Shown piece by piece: positions 1 through 10,269 of a stretch of DNA of 60,275 nt. The notes under the pieces were generated by a model. It saw nothing but the letters and a program-made list of their open reading frames with translations, searched no databases and had not been told where the DNA came from. The DNA comes from Methanobacteriaceae archaeon (GTDB lineage: Archaea; Methanobacteriota; Methanobacteria; Methanobacteriales; Methanobacteriaceae): assembly GCA_003558085.1 (NCBI GenBank), contig PWMT01000039.1:1-60275 (forward strand). Reading direction: 5' to 3'. Every line of letters begins with the position of its first letter. Positions within the stretch are counted from its first letter, which is position 1. The position numbers were made by a program, and so were the translations under genes.

Positions 1-821
1 AGGCCAAAGAGGGTGTAGATTTTATGACTGTTCACTGTGGTATTACTTTGGATACTGTTGCCAAACTAGAAAAATCAGATAGGCTTATGGGAATCGTTAG
101 CAGAGGAGGGGCTTTTTTAGCAGCATGGATAATGCAAAATGAGCAGGAAAATCCTTTATATCAGAACTATGAATACTTACTGGAAATAGCCTATGAATAC
201 GATGTTACTCTTTCTCTAGGGGATGCTTTGCGTCCTGGATGTCTTTTAGATGCATCTGATATTCCTCAGATTCAAGAGTTAATAATATTAGGGGATCTTG
301 TTGAAAAAGCAAGAAAAATGGATGTACAATGCATGGTGGAAGGGCCTGGTCACGTACCTCTAGATCAAATCGCAGCTAATATGAAATTACAGAAAACAAT
401 CTGTAAAGGAGCGCCTTTTTATGTACTAGGCCCTATTGTTACGGATATGGCTCCCGGTTATGATCACATAACTTCTGCAATTGGGGGGGCGTGGGCTGCA
501 TTTTCTGGAGCTGATTTTCTATGTTATGTTACACCTGCAGAACATCTGGCAATACCTAGCGTGGAAGATGTAAAAGAAGTAGTAATTGCATCTAGAATCG
601 CTGCTCAAGCTGCTGATACTGCTTCTGGATTAGATTCAGCTTGGGATCAAGAAAAAGAGATGTCAAATGCTCGTCGAAACTTAGACTGGGAAACTCAATT
701 TAAATTAGCATTTGATAGTGAAAAACCTAAAAAATATCGTAAAACTTGTCCATTAGATGAAGATGATATGTGTTCTATGTGTGGTGAGTACTGTGCATTG
801 CGTTTGATCCGTAAGACATAA
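1..821 (+). CDS. thiC: Phosphomethylpyrimidine synthase ThiC family radical SAM protein (5'-truncated by window edge)
   Basis: Frame is open from base 3 (AKEGVDFMTVHCG). Motifs SRGG, LSLGDALRPG, VEGPGH, GYDHI, CYVTPAEHL and C-terminal CSMCGEYC. Confidence 0.9.
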   Translation, partial: AKEGVDFMTVHCGITLDTVAKLEKSDRLMGIVSRGGAFLAAWIMQNEQENPLYQNYEYLLEIAYEYDVTLSLGDALRPGCLLDASDIPQIQELIILGDLVEKARKMDVQCMVEGPGHVPLDQIAANMKLQKTICKGAPFYVLGPIVTDMAPGYDHITSAIGGAWAAFSGADFLCYVTPAEHLAIPSVEDVKEVVIASRIAAQAADTASGLDSAWDQEKEMSNARRNLDWETQFKLAFDSEKPKKYRKTCPLDEDDMCSMCGEYCALRLIRKT

Positions 822-911
822 TCTTGATATATATTTATTTATTTTCCTAAATTAACTTAAGAATATATAATATCCTATCTAAATATAAGAACATTTTTAA
901 GGAGGAATGAC

Positions 912-1190
912 ATGGATTTAGAACATATAGATGGACATAAAAAAGGTGAAGTTATTCTTTTTGCTCTAAGTACCTGTGGATGGTGTAAAAAAACTCGTTC
1001 TCTGCTGGAAGAGTTGGGTATCGCCTATGATTATATATACGTTGATCTGACCGAAAATGATGAACGTATTGAAGCATTAGAAGAACTTAAAAGATGGAAT
1101 TCTTCTTTATCTTTTCCCACTCTAATAATTAATAACGAACGAGTTATAATTGGCTTTGATCGTACTTCTATAGTGGGTGCTTTGGGATGA
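912..1190 (+). CDS. Glutaredoxin-like protein (methanoredoxin-like)
   Basis: LSTCGWCKKT active site, SFPT cis-Pro loop, IIGF near the C-terminus; GGAGG RBS at 901-905. Confidence 0.88.
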   Translation: MDLEHIDGHKKGEVILFALSTCGWCKKTRSLLEELGIAYDYIYVDLTENDERIEALEELKRWNSSLSFPTLIINNERVIIGFDRTSIVGALG

Positions 1191-1705
1191 GTGTTATTAA
1201 AATCTCTCCACAAGATGTAGAAAAATATTACCAAAAATTAAAATCCCAAGTAGAAAAAGTAGGTTATCATCTTCATGGCGATGAAGAATTTACTAAAGAA
1301 CTTTTAGAGAGTATACTAATTAATGAGGAGCGATACGGATATGGGGCCTGTCCTTGTCGCCTGGCATCAGGTATAATAGAAGAAGATAGGGATATAATCT
1401 GTCCTTGTGATTATCGAGATCCAGATATAAATGAATATGGTTCTTGTTACTGCGGCCTTTATGTCTCCAAAGAAATACTAACCGGTAAGAAGGATTTACA
1501 ACCAATCCCTGAACGAAGGCCTCCATTAGATAAAAGATTAGAAAATCTAGAATCTGAAACATCAGCTTTCAAGGATGAAAAAATATCAATAGAATATCCT
1601 GTTTGGAGATGTAATGTTTGCGGATATTTATGTGCTAGAGAAGAAGCTCCCGAAGTCTGTCCTATTTGTAAAGTATCTAAAGAACGCTTTAAACGATTTA
1701 TTTAA
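1187..1705 (+). CDS. Ferredoxin:thioredoxin reductase catalytic domain fused to a C-terminal rubredoxin (ferredoxin:disulfide reductase-like)
   Basis: CPCR, CPC and CYC motifs of the FTR catalytic chain, then WRCNVCGY...CPIC rubredoxin; ATGA overlap with the upstream gene. Confidence 0.88.
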   Translation: MSVIKISPQDVEKYYQKLKSQVEKVGYHLHGDEEFTKELLESILINEERYGYGACPCRLASGIIEEDRDIICPCDYRDPDINEYGSCYCGLYVSKEILTGKKDLQPIPERRPPLDKRLENLESETSAFKDEKISIEYPVWRCNVCGYLCAREEAPEVCPICKVSKERFKRFI

Positions 1706-1864
1706 ATATTTTCAAATTCTAGGACTCGGGATCTTTAAATTACGTAACTATCCACAAGCATTATCTTATCTTATTAATTCAAATACCTTTTAAATAACTT
1801 TGATGGCAATATATTATTTAATTTGGTGTGTTAAGATTATTTCTGCATGTGAGGTGGAATCACT

Positions 1865-2674
1865 TTGTCACAAAATGACTATATTGAAATTTTTCAGAAT
1901 CTAAAGGAGGATATGAGATTCTTAGTCAGTTCTGATGTAAGGTCTAAAATATTGCTTAGTTTACATGAAGAATCTAAAAATTTGGCTAGTTTAAGGAAAA
2001 ATTTGGGTTACACTTCTTCTACCATTTTACATGCTATGTATCAACTAGATGACAAAAATCTTATCATAAAAAAATCAGGAGTATATTTTCTCTCACAAAT
2101 CGGTGAAGTAGTGGTATTTAAATTGATTAATATTATGAATGCTTTATATTCCATGCAAAAACTTGAAACATTATTTTTAGATCATGATATTAAATCCATA
2201 CCATCCCACTTAGTACACAGATTAGAATGTTTGCAAAAAAGTTATATCCTCGAATCTGATTCAACAGATTTGATGAAACCATATCATACTTTAATAGAGT
2301 TTATATCTAAATCAAAGGGAATTAAAATTCTTTCATCTATTTTTTATCCTATTTATAAGGATATTTTACTTGAAAATAAATTTAAAAACAATATTCAATT
2401 TGTTGTTTCTCCACAAGTTTTAGAAATTATTTTAGAAGATGATAGGTTTTCAGAAATAATTCTTAACAATGATAATCCTGTTTTATGGGAATTGAAAGTA
2501 GATATCAAATTATCTTTGACCATTGCTGATAACTTTATGTCTTTAGGTCTATTTTCTACAGATGGAATATATGATTCTAATCAATTTTTGTTTGCTGAAA
2601 GCAAGGATGCTTTAAAATGGGGAAACCATTTATTTAAATACTACTTAGAGCAATCATCTCCAGTTAAATTATAG
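1865..2674 (+). CDS. Winged-helix transcriptional regulator (COG4742/DUF1724-like)
   Basis: N-terminal SDVRSKILLSL...STILHAMYQL wHTH; C-terminal LGLF..DG.YD...ALKWG..LF.YY typical of this methanogen family; TTG start with GAGGTG RBS. Confidence 0.75.
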   Translation: MSQNDYIEIFQNLKEDMRFLVSSDVRSKILLSLHEESKNLASLRKNLGYTSSTILHAMYQLDDKNLIIKKSGVYFLSQIGEVVVFKLINIMNALYSMQKLETLFLDHDIKSIPSHLVHRLECLQKSYILESDSTDLMKPYHTLIEFISKSKGIKILSSIFYPIYKDILLENKFKNNIQFVVSPQVLEIILEDDRFSEIILNNDNPVLWELKVDIKLSLTIADNFMSLGLFSTDGIYDSNQFLFAESKDALKWGNHLFKYYLEQSSPVKL

Positions 2675-2881
2675 GAATTTTTAATTAGAATTGAGTGAAT
2701 ATAAAATGATATCTGATATAGAAATATTATCTAATTCTAATCATAAGATTATTATTATCTATGCTATCAATCAATATTATTAGTGATAAAAAATATTTTT
2801 CAAACTAAGATTGATCATCTTCCCCTAAAAAAAGTTTATATTTTAGGAAAAATCATTTCAATAGAGTATTAATGGTGTTAA

Positions 2882-4555
2882 ATGTCAAAAAAAGAACCTA
2901 TGCCCTATAAAGCATTGGTAAATGTTTATGAGGCTTTGGCTGCTACTACTAAAAGATTAGAAAAAACACGCATTTTGGCGGATTTTTTTTCAGAGATAGA
3001 TGCAGAATTATTGCCTATAGTAACTATTTTATCCTTAGGTAAGGTTTATCCTGTTTGGAGCAGGCAAGAAATGGGTGTGGGTTCTCAATTACTAATGAAG
3101 GCTGTAGCTCAGGCTGTGGGGGTAACTCCCCTTGAAGTTGAGGATCAAATCCGTGAACAGGGGGATATAGGATCTGCCGCTGAAACATTATTTCAAAAAA
3201 AATCACAGATTACTTTTTTTAAAAAAAAACTAACTATTGAGATGGTTTACAATAATCTTAGAAAATTAGCTACTGTATCAGGAAATAAATCTCAGTCACG
3301 TAAAATTAATATTATTTTAGAACTTTTATCTTCAGCATCTCCCCAAGAAGCCAAATATATCACCGGAACAGTTTTAGAGGAATTAAGAGTAGGTGTGGGT
3401 GAAGGAATCATACGTGACTCTATTTCTGAAGCATTTGGAGTTGATAAAAATTTTTTAGATAGGGCTTATATGCTCACCAATGACTTAGGCTTAGTAGCAA
3501 AAGTTGCCCAAAGTGAAGGAGATGAAGGACTCAGCTCACTCACTTTAAAACCAGGTAAACCTGTTAAACCAATGTTAGCCAAATTAGCTGATTCTATTAA
3601 AGAAACAGTGTCTGATTTAGGTTTTCTTTATTGTGAAACTAAGTATGATGGCATCAGAGTTCAAGTGCATCGTCAAAACTCTGAGATAAAGATTTTTACT
3701 CGTCGTCTGGAAAATATTAGTAACGCTGTTCCTGATGTGGTGGAATACATTAACCAAGCTCTACCTCAGGATGATTTTATTGTGGAAGGAGAGTTAATTG
3801 TTACCAAAGAGGGTAAACCTATTTCTTTTCAATACATTCTTCAGAGAGTACGTCGTAAATATGATATTGATAAATTAATAAAAGAGGTTCCTTTAAGTCT
3901 CTATCTTTTTGATATTTTATATTTCCAAAAACCATTAATTGATGATCCTTTAGAGCATAGAAGGAAAATTCTAGAAAACATAATTAATCCAGTTAAAGGA
4001 TATGTGGAACTTAGTCAACAAGTAAAGGTGACTATGGATAATGTTGAAGAAGCTGAATATTTGTTCGAAGAATCAGTAAAGTTAGGTCATGAAGGCATAA
4101 TGTTGAAAGATCCCCAGGCACCATATATACCCGGTATAAGAGGTAAAAAAATGCTTAAATATAAATCTGAACCTGAAACTTTAGATTTAGTGGTGGTGGG
4201 GGGTACTTATGGCAGAGGAAAAAGGGCGCATTTGATTGGTTCTTATTTACTAGCTTTAAAGGATGAAAATGGTAATTTAAAGACAATTGCTCACGTAGCA
4301 ACTGGATTAGATGATGAAACATTAATAGAACTTTCAAAAAGAATGGAAGATCTGGTTATTGAACGAAAGGGAAGGCAAATAAAAGTAGAAGCAAAAATTA
4401 TTCTAGAAATTGCCTATAGTGAAATAGTTAAAAGTCCGGAGTATGAAAGTGGATACTCTCTTCGTTTTCCAGTAGTTAAAAGAATTAGAGATGATTTAAC
4501 TTTAGAAGATATCGATACCTTGCCCCGGGTTGATTCGATGTTCAAAAATAACTAA
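2882..4555 (+). CDS. lig: ATP-dependent DNA ligase
   Basis: ETKYDGIR adenylation motif, EGE, FDILY, EGIMLK and SLRFP motifs; 557 aa. Confidence 0.96.
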   Translation: MSKKEPMPYKALVNVYEALAATTKRLEKTRILADFFSEIDAELLPIVTILSLGKVYPVWSRQEMGVGSQLLMKAVAQAVGVTPLEVEDQIREQGDIGSAAETLFQKKSQITFFKKKLTIEMVYNNLRKLATVSGNKSQSRKINIILELLSSASPQEAKYITGTVLEELRVGVGEGIIRDSISEAFGVDKNFLDRAYMLTNDLGLVAKVAQSEGDEGLSSLTLKPGKPVKPMLAKLADSIKETVSDLGFLYCETKYDGIRVQVHRQNSEIKIFTRRLENISNAVPDVVEYINQALPQDDFIVEGELIVTKEGKPISFQYILQRVRRKYDIDKLIKEVPLSLYLFDILYFQKPLIDDPLEHRRKILENIINPVKGYVELSQQVKVTMDNVEEAEYLFEESVKLGHEGIMLKDPQAPYIPGIRGKKMLKYKSEPETLDLVVVGGTYGRGKRAHLIGSYLLALKDENGNLKTIAHVATGLDDETLIELSKRMEDLVIERKGRQIKVEAKIILEIAYSEIVKSPEYESGYSLRFPVVKRIRDDLTLEDIDTLPRVDSMFKNN

Positions 4556-4616
4556 TTTTAATTATTAAATTTTTAAATTTTTTTAGCCAGGACCAAATAA
4601 TACTATTTTAGATAAA

Positions 4617-4624
4617 TTTATATA
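4617..4624 (+). promoter_or_regulatory. Archaeal TATA box for the OB-fold gene
   Basis: TTTATATA preceded by purine-rich GATAAA, about 55 nt upstream of the ATG at 4676. Confidence 0.5.
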
Positions 4625-4675
4625 TTATTTCATAATAATTTCTATTAAATTAATACTAAAATTTTAGGTATACGC

Positions 4676-5074
4676 ATGCATCTGAGGGATCAACAACTGT
4701 TTCAAATTGCTCTTATAACTGCTTTGGTAGGAATTGTGGGTATGATAATTTTTGGGAATAATATCAGCCCTCGTAATATAAAAATTGAGGAACTGAATCC
4801 AGGAATGATGGATGAGGAAGTCAGCATTGAGGGACTAGTAGAAAAAGTGGATAAAGTATATAAAAGTGAAACCTACTTTTTAACCATTAATGATGGTACC
4901 GGAAAAACCAAAGTGGTTATCTTTGAAGGAACTGTAATTGAGATAGAAAATAAAGGATTCAAATTAGAATATTTCCATCAAAAAAAAATTAAAGCCACCG
5001 GCAGAGTCACAGAATATAAGGGACAATTAGAACTTATAATAGAGGATTCCACATCACTTAAAATTTTATCATAA
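4676..5074 (+). CDS. Membrane-anchored OB-fold nucleic-acid-binding domain protein
   Basis: N-terminal hydrophobic helix (IALITALVGIVGMIIF), then V.IEG.V...FLTINDGTG...VIF...G.V.EYKG.LEL OB-fold pattern. Confidence 0.75.
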   Translation: MHLRDQQLFQIALITALVGIVGMIIFGNNISPRNIKIEELNPGMMDEEVSIEGLVEKVDKVYKSETYFLTINDGTGKTKVVIFEGTVIEIENKGFKLEYFHQKKIKATGRVTEYKGQLELIIEDSTSLKILS

Positions 5075-5104
5075 TTACCCTCAATGAGAATTCTTTAGTA
5101 ATTA

Positions 5105-6103
5105 TCATCCACTTTGAGCATCCAAAACATATTTCTTAATATCCTCTAAAAGGTCATGGGCGTAAAATGAAGTAAATATTAAGCCCAATAAATTAACTAT
5201 CCAGAAAGATATAAATCTATCAATTAAAACAATACTACCAGCTAAATTCCCAGGGACTCTAAATAGAACAAATAATCCAGTCATAGATATTTCAAAGGAC
5301 CCAATACCTCCCGGCAGGGCGCTGACAACTCCAATAAAATTAGCCAATAAAAGAATAATTATTACTGTTATAAGACTAATTTCTAACTTGAAGGCATAAA
5401 ATATAATTAAAAGCCTAACACTTTCTATTAACCAGCAGCTTATAGATAAAATAACTAATACGCTCATATTTTTGAAATTAGTGAATGAAGAAGTATATTT
5501 AACCATTCCTTTAAGTCCGTATATTATTTTATAGTACAAAACATCTATAAACTTCTTTTTTAAGGGTAATTTTTTTAACCAGGGATGAAGTTTCTGATAA
5601 ATCTTTATACTAACATTTTCCCTCCAATTAATAGCATAAATGAAAACTACCATTCCTAAGGTAATAAAAGCCCCTATTATGGATAGAAAACGTATTTGGG
5701 GGATTAAAAAAATTGCAGCAATTAAAAAAATACCAATGACTCCTAAATCAAAAAATCTTTCTGTTAAAGCAGCTGAAAGTCCTTCTGAAATTTCTATATC
5801 ATTTATTTTATTTCCAGCCAGTGCGGTTACTGGTTCTCCCGCACTTTTAAGTGGAGAGAGATTCCCTGCAAATAGTCCTATGATTTTCACTATAAAATTA
5901 CTTTTAAAATCCCGGTTCTTATTAATAATAAAACCCCAACGAATTGCTCTTAAACCAATCGCTATAATATGAGTGATCAATGCTAGTAAAATAAGCATCC
6001 AATTAGCGGTTTCTAATACAATTAATATCTCATAAGGACCTATCCATAGTATAAGAAAACAAATTAGTATTAAACTAAAAAAAAGCATTAAAAAACGCTT
6101 CAA
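5105..6103 (-). CDS. UPF0104 / lysylphosphatidylglycerol synthase-TM family flippase-like membrane protein
   Basis: Multi-TM protein; LRAIRW, GNLSP..AGEP, ERFFD, PGGIGSFE and DRFISFW motifs; TTGA overlap with the GT2 gene. Confidence 0.82.
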   Translation of the reverse strand: MKRFLMLFFSLILICFLILWIGPYEILIVLETANWMLILLALITHIIAIGLRAIRWGFIINKNRDFKSNFIVKIIGLFAGNLSPLKSAGEPVTALAGNKINDIEISEGLSAALTERFFDLGVIGIFLIAAIFLIPQIRFLSIIGAFITLGMVVFIYAINWRENVSIKIYQKLHPWLKKLPLKKKFIDVLYYKIIYGLKGMVKYTSSFTNFKNMSVLVILSISCWLIESVRLLIIFYAFKLEISLITVIIILLLANFIGVVSALPGGIGSFEISMTGLFVLFRVPGNLAGSIVLIDRFISFWIVNLLGLIFTSFYAHDLLEDIKKYVLDAQSG

Positions 6104-6783
6104 CTAACTATCCTCCTTACAAAATTCCTAAAAATGCGCTTGCTAACAAAAAATAAATAATTCAAGGCATGCTTGCTGGTTATATAAGATTTTTCTTCAC
6201 CATAATTGCAGGGGATATTCACTTCTTTTAGTTCTATATTATTTTTATAGGATTTATAAAGCATTTCTGACTCAAAAATGTAATCATCATAACCTATATC
6301 TAAAAATATGTTCGCCACATTAGCGGATAATGCCCTAAATCCGCTTTGAGAGTCAGTTACATTGTAGCCAGTTAAATTGCTAATTATGAAGGTGGTGAAT
6401 CGGTTGGATATTTTTCTTTGTAAGGGCATAAAAGCAGGAGATCCATGATTAAAACGGGAACCAATAACTAGATCTGCTTCATTTATTTTAGAAGCTAAAG
6501 AAGGTATAAGATGGGGGTCATGTTGTCCATCACCATCCATAAATACTATTCTTTCATATCCATGATCTAAAGCATATTTGATTCCAGTTTTTAATGCAGC
6601 TCCTTTACCTAAATTATAAGCATGACTTATTACCTGGGCACCAGCTTTTTTAGCTAATTTAAAGGTATTGTCCTGGGATCCATCATCAATTACTAGAACC
6701 GATGAATACTTCAAAGATTCTCTGACCACTTGATAAATTGTTTTTTCTTCATTATATGCTGGAATAATGGTTATTAAATTCAT
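6100..6783 (-). CDS. Glycosyltransferase family 2 (Dol-P-sugar synthase-like)
   Basis: IIPAYNEE, DDGSQD, NLGKGAA, MDGDGQH, GSRF and DSQSGFRA motifs. Confidence 0.9.
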   Translation of the reverse strand: MNLITIIPAYNEEKTIYQVVRESLKYSSVLVIDDGSQDNTFKLAKKAGAQVISHAYNLGKGAALKTGIKYALDHGYERIVFMDGDGQHDPHLIPSLASKINEADLVIGSRFNHGSPAFMPLQRKISNRFTTFIISNLTGYNVTDSQSGFRALSANVANIFLDIGYDDYIFESEMLYKSYKNNIELKEVNIPCNYGEEKSYITSKHALNYLFFVSKRIFRNFVRRIVS

Positions 6784-7443
6784 ATAAAAACCCTGAAAAC
6801 ATTAATGATCTAAAATAATACGCTCTGACTCTTTATCGATTAAACTTTTTTTATCATAAATAATCCATTATTATTAATTTTTGAATATTTAAAAATTTAA
6901 GCATGTATGGTGTAATTTTACTTTTCCATATTCTGCCTTCAATAATCAAAATTAGAATATAGTAATTTCTGTAATCTAATACTTATATCATTTTGCTAAG
7001 ATTAGCCTAAAAAAAATTAAATAACAATATTGAAGAAACTGTTTATATTTCCCTATCTTAAAATCTATTATTTAATTGAATAAACCCTTATAATTAAATA
7101 AAAAAATCCTATGATCTACATCTATTAACTACGAGTATAATGAGCAGTCCTATGATTAAATAATTAACCATATAACTTGTTTGATTTGCTTTTTTTATGA
7201 TTAAATACCTTATTTAATCCTTTTTTTATTAATTTAACTAAAGCTCTAATAAATCTAAAAAATAGCATTAAATAAATGGGTTTCAATTTTTTCCATCTTA
7301 GAATCATTAAATAAACTTTAACTTTTTTTATTAAAGAAAATTGTTAAATTAATGTAATTAACTTTAATAAAAATTTAAAAAAATTAGATTTATAATCATT
7401 TAAATCTAGATATAGAATAGTAATATCATCAGGATTTGATAAA

Positions 7444-8802
7444 ATGAAAAGATTATTTGGCACATTTGGTGTTAGAAGAATTGTAAATCAAGAATTAACC
7501 CCTGAATTTGCTTCTAAACTTGCTGTTGCTTATGGTAATGTAATTAAGGGTAAAATAGCAGTAGGGGGAGACCCTAGAACATCAACCCCCATGCTAAAAC
7601 TGGCAGTTGAGGCAGGACTTTTATCTGCAGGATGCGATGTTATTGATTTAGGGATATTACCTACTCCTGCAGTCCAATATGCAGTTAGAAATTATTATGA
7701 TGGGGGAGTTATAATAACTGCTTCCCATAATCCACCAGATTATAATGGAATAAAATTTGTGGATAAAGATGGTATTGGAATTTCTGATGAAATGGAGGAA
7801 GAAATTGAAGATATATTCTTCAATGATAATCCTAAAAGAGTTAATTGGCAGGATATTGGAGATGTTAATACCAATCATGATCTAGTGAAGGAATATCGAC
7901 AACAGGTAATACAAAGAGTGGATCAAAAGGCGATTAAAGATGCTAAATTAAAAGTGATAGTGGATTGTGGATCAGGAGCAGCCTATAATACCACAGCTTA
8001 TATTTTAAGAGAATTGGGTTGCGAAGTTTTAACTTTAAACTGCCAACCAGATGGTTTTTTCCCAGGAAGAGATCCAGAACCAATTAAAGCTAACTTAAAG
8101 GAATTAATAGAAGTAGTTAAAACTACTGATGCTGATTTAGGCCTGGCCCATGACGGCGATGCAGATCGAACAATCTGCATTGATGAAAAAGGAAACTTCA
8201 TTTTGGGTGATAAAACATTTGCCCTGGTAGAAAAACATCTTCTACAGGAAAATAAAGGAGGATTGATTGTTACAACTGTAGCAACTTCATCTGCTATTTA
8301 TGATGTTGCCCAGGAAAATAATGGTGAAGTACTAGCTACCGCGGTGGGAGATCTTTTAGTGGCCAGAAAACTAAAAGAAACTGGGGGTTTGTTTGGCGGT
8401 GAAGAAAATGGTGGATTAATTTTTCCAGATTTTGTCTATGGGAGAGATGCAGCACTTTCAGCCGCCAAAATCATTGAAATCATGTCTTTAGAACAGAAAC
8501 CATTATCTAAACTAGTAGCAGACTTACCAGCATATCATTCAGAAAAATTGAAGATAGAATGTCCAGATGATAAAAAAAATGAAGTGATGCAATTAATTGC
8601 TAATGAGATTAATGAAGACCCTCGCAATTTTGAGTTAGACACCACTGATGGTGTAAAAATATTTACACCTGACGGATGGCTAATAATTCGGCCTTCAGGT
8701 ACGGAACCAATTTTTAGATGCTTTGCAGAATCTAAAAACAAAAATAAGGCTATGGAGATGGCTGAATGGGGTATATCGTTGGTAGGGAAATATTTAAAAT
8801 AA
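7444..8802 (+). CDS. Phosphohexomutase (phosphomannomutase/phosphoglucomutase type)
   Basis: LFGTFGVR, TASHNP, DGDADR, GGEENGG sugar loop and RPSGTEP. Confidence 0.9.
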   Translation: MKRLFGTFGVRRIVNQELTPEFASKLAVAYGNVIKGKIAVGGDPRTSTPMLKLAVEAGLLSAGCDVIDLGILPTPAVQYAVRNYYDGGVIITASHNPPDYNGIKFVDKDGIGISDEMEEEIEDIFFNDNPKRVNWQDIGDVNTNHDLVKEYRQQVIQRVDQKAIKDAKLKVIVDCGSGAAYNTTAYILRELGCEVLTLNCQPDGFFPGRDPEPIKANLKELIEVVKTTDADLGLAHDGDADRTICIDEKGNFILGDKTFALVEKHLLQENKGGLIVTTVATSSAIYDVAQENNGEVLATAVGDLLVARKLKETGGLFGGEENGGLIFPDFVYGRDAALSAAKIIEIMSLEQKPLSKLVADLPAYHSEKLKIECPDDKKNEVMQLIANEINEDPRNFELDTTDGVKIFTPDGWLIIRPSGTEPIFRCFAESKNKNKAMEMAEWGISLVGKYLK

Positions 8803-8961
8803 ATATTATTTTCCATTAATTTTTTTCTAGAACCCTAGCAAAGTTTCCTAATTTTCACTGAATTAGGAAAAATACTTTTCCAGATCTAGTGGATACTATT
8901 TTATCCCACATTACTTTTTCAATAACCAATTCTTCTTTAATATCAATTCATTTTTTCATAT

Positions 8962-10269
8962 TTAAATTTTAAATCGGAATTTTTTATTTATGGATTTGAT
9001 TTTCTCTAATTTTAATGGCTCGGCAATAACTGCACCAATTAACAAGCCTAAAGAAATGGCCAAAATACTTAAGATTACTTGAATTATATTGGCCAAACCA
9101 AGCGCATCTCTAGGAGCTAATAGATTGGCTAAAGTCAGAAAACCTAGAGATCCGGGAACCAATAGCCAGAAAGCAGGGAGAGTGGAAACAAAACTAGGAG
9201 TTCTCTTAGGTGAACGTCCAATAATAGTCCCTAAAAGGGTCATAAGTAATGAACCTAAGAATGAACCGAAAAATCCTCCGATTAAAGTATTCCCTAAAAG
9301 CTGTCCTAAAAAGGCCACATACAATACCAGTAATACCCAGGGAAAGTCTTTATTGCGCATGGACATGAAAAGGAACATGCCTATGGCAAATACTAAAATA
9401 CCAATGTATGGAATCCACCAATCTAGAACATGGGGCATATTAGCTGCTATTAATTCTTCTTGAGGTAATCCGATTATTGCTAAACCATTTAAAACTCCAA
9501 ACAGTAATAGAAATAAGATGACAATTCCATACATTAACCGGCTTGATCCGGAAATTAAATCTCCAGAGGCTAGCTCGAACATTCCCGTTGTTAAACTTGC
9601 TCCTGGCAAAAAATAGGCTATAGCCGGTATTATCAATACAATGGAACCAGTAATAAATTCATTTTTTACACCCCAAAAAAATAAAGTTGATACTATAAAA
9701 GCAGCGATAATAGGATTTAGAAGATTTAAACGGGGTTTATTTTCGGTAAAAATAAGAAAAAGCACTACTACAAATCCTAAGAGTAATGATACAATTAACT
9801 GTTGTATAGTGGGCTCAAAAAGCATTCCTAAACCTAAAGCAAAGAGCACATAACCACTGATTTTCCCGAGATTACCAAAGCGATGGTCATGAGAATTAAT
9901 AATTTTAAGACATTTTAAGCCTTCTTTAGGACTTATTTCTGCTTTTTCAACTTTATAGACTAATTCATACAGTTCTGAAATGGTATTTAATTGTGTCATT
10001 CCATATATTCGGTTAACAGTTGTTAAAGGTGCAGATTCTTCATCACCTATTCTAACAAATATAAAAGTAGTAAAGATGAGGACTTCGGCTTTAAGTCCAT
10101 AAGCTCGGGCAATATTTTTGAGTATGGATTGGATGCTAGTTACAGATACTCCAGTAGAGCTTAGTGCTTTACCTAATTCCACTAAAAATTTCAGCATATT
10201 GGCTAAAAAATCTTCATCATCTAGATAAGGAATAAAGGAAGCTCTTTTGCTTGGAGGGTGCTGATCCAT
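8962..10269 (-). CDS. Threonine/serine exporter ThrE family protein (fused two-domain form)
   Basis: Soluble N-domain followed by about 10 TM helices; LPGASLT...ELASG.L.SG.SRL and LLVPG motifs. Confidence 0.8.
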   Translation of the reverse strand: MDQHPPSKRASFIPYLDDEDFLANMLKFLVELGKALSSTGVSVTSIQSILKNIARAYGLKAEVLIFTTFIFVRIGDEESAPLTTVNRIYGMTQLNTISELYELVYKVEKAEISPKEGLKCLKIINSHDHRFGNLGKISGYVLFALGLGMLFEPTIQQLIVSLLLGFVVVLFLIFTENKPRLNLLNPIIAAFIVSTLFFWGVKNEFITGSIVLIIPAIAYFLPGASLTTGMFELASGDLISGSSRLMYGIVILFLLLFGVLNGLAIIGLPQEELIAANMPHVLDWWIPYIGILVFAIGMFLFMSMRNKDFPWVLLVLYVAFLGQLLGNTLIGGFFGSFLGSLLMTLLGTIIGRSPKRTPSFVSTLPAFWLLVPGSLGFLTLANLLAPRDALGLANIIQVILSILAISLGLLIGAVIAEPLKLEKIKSINKKFRFKI

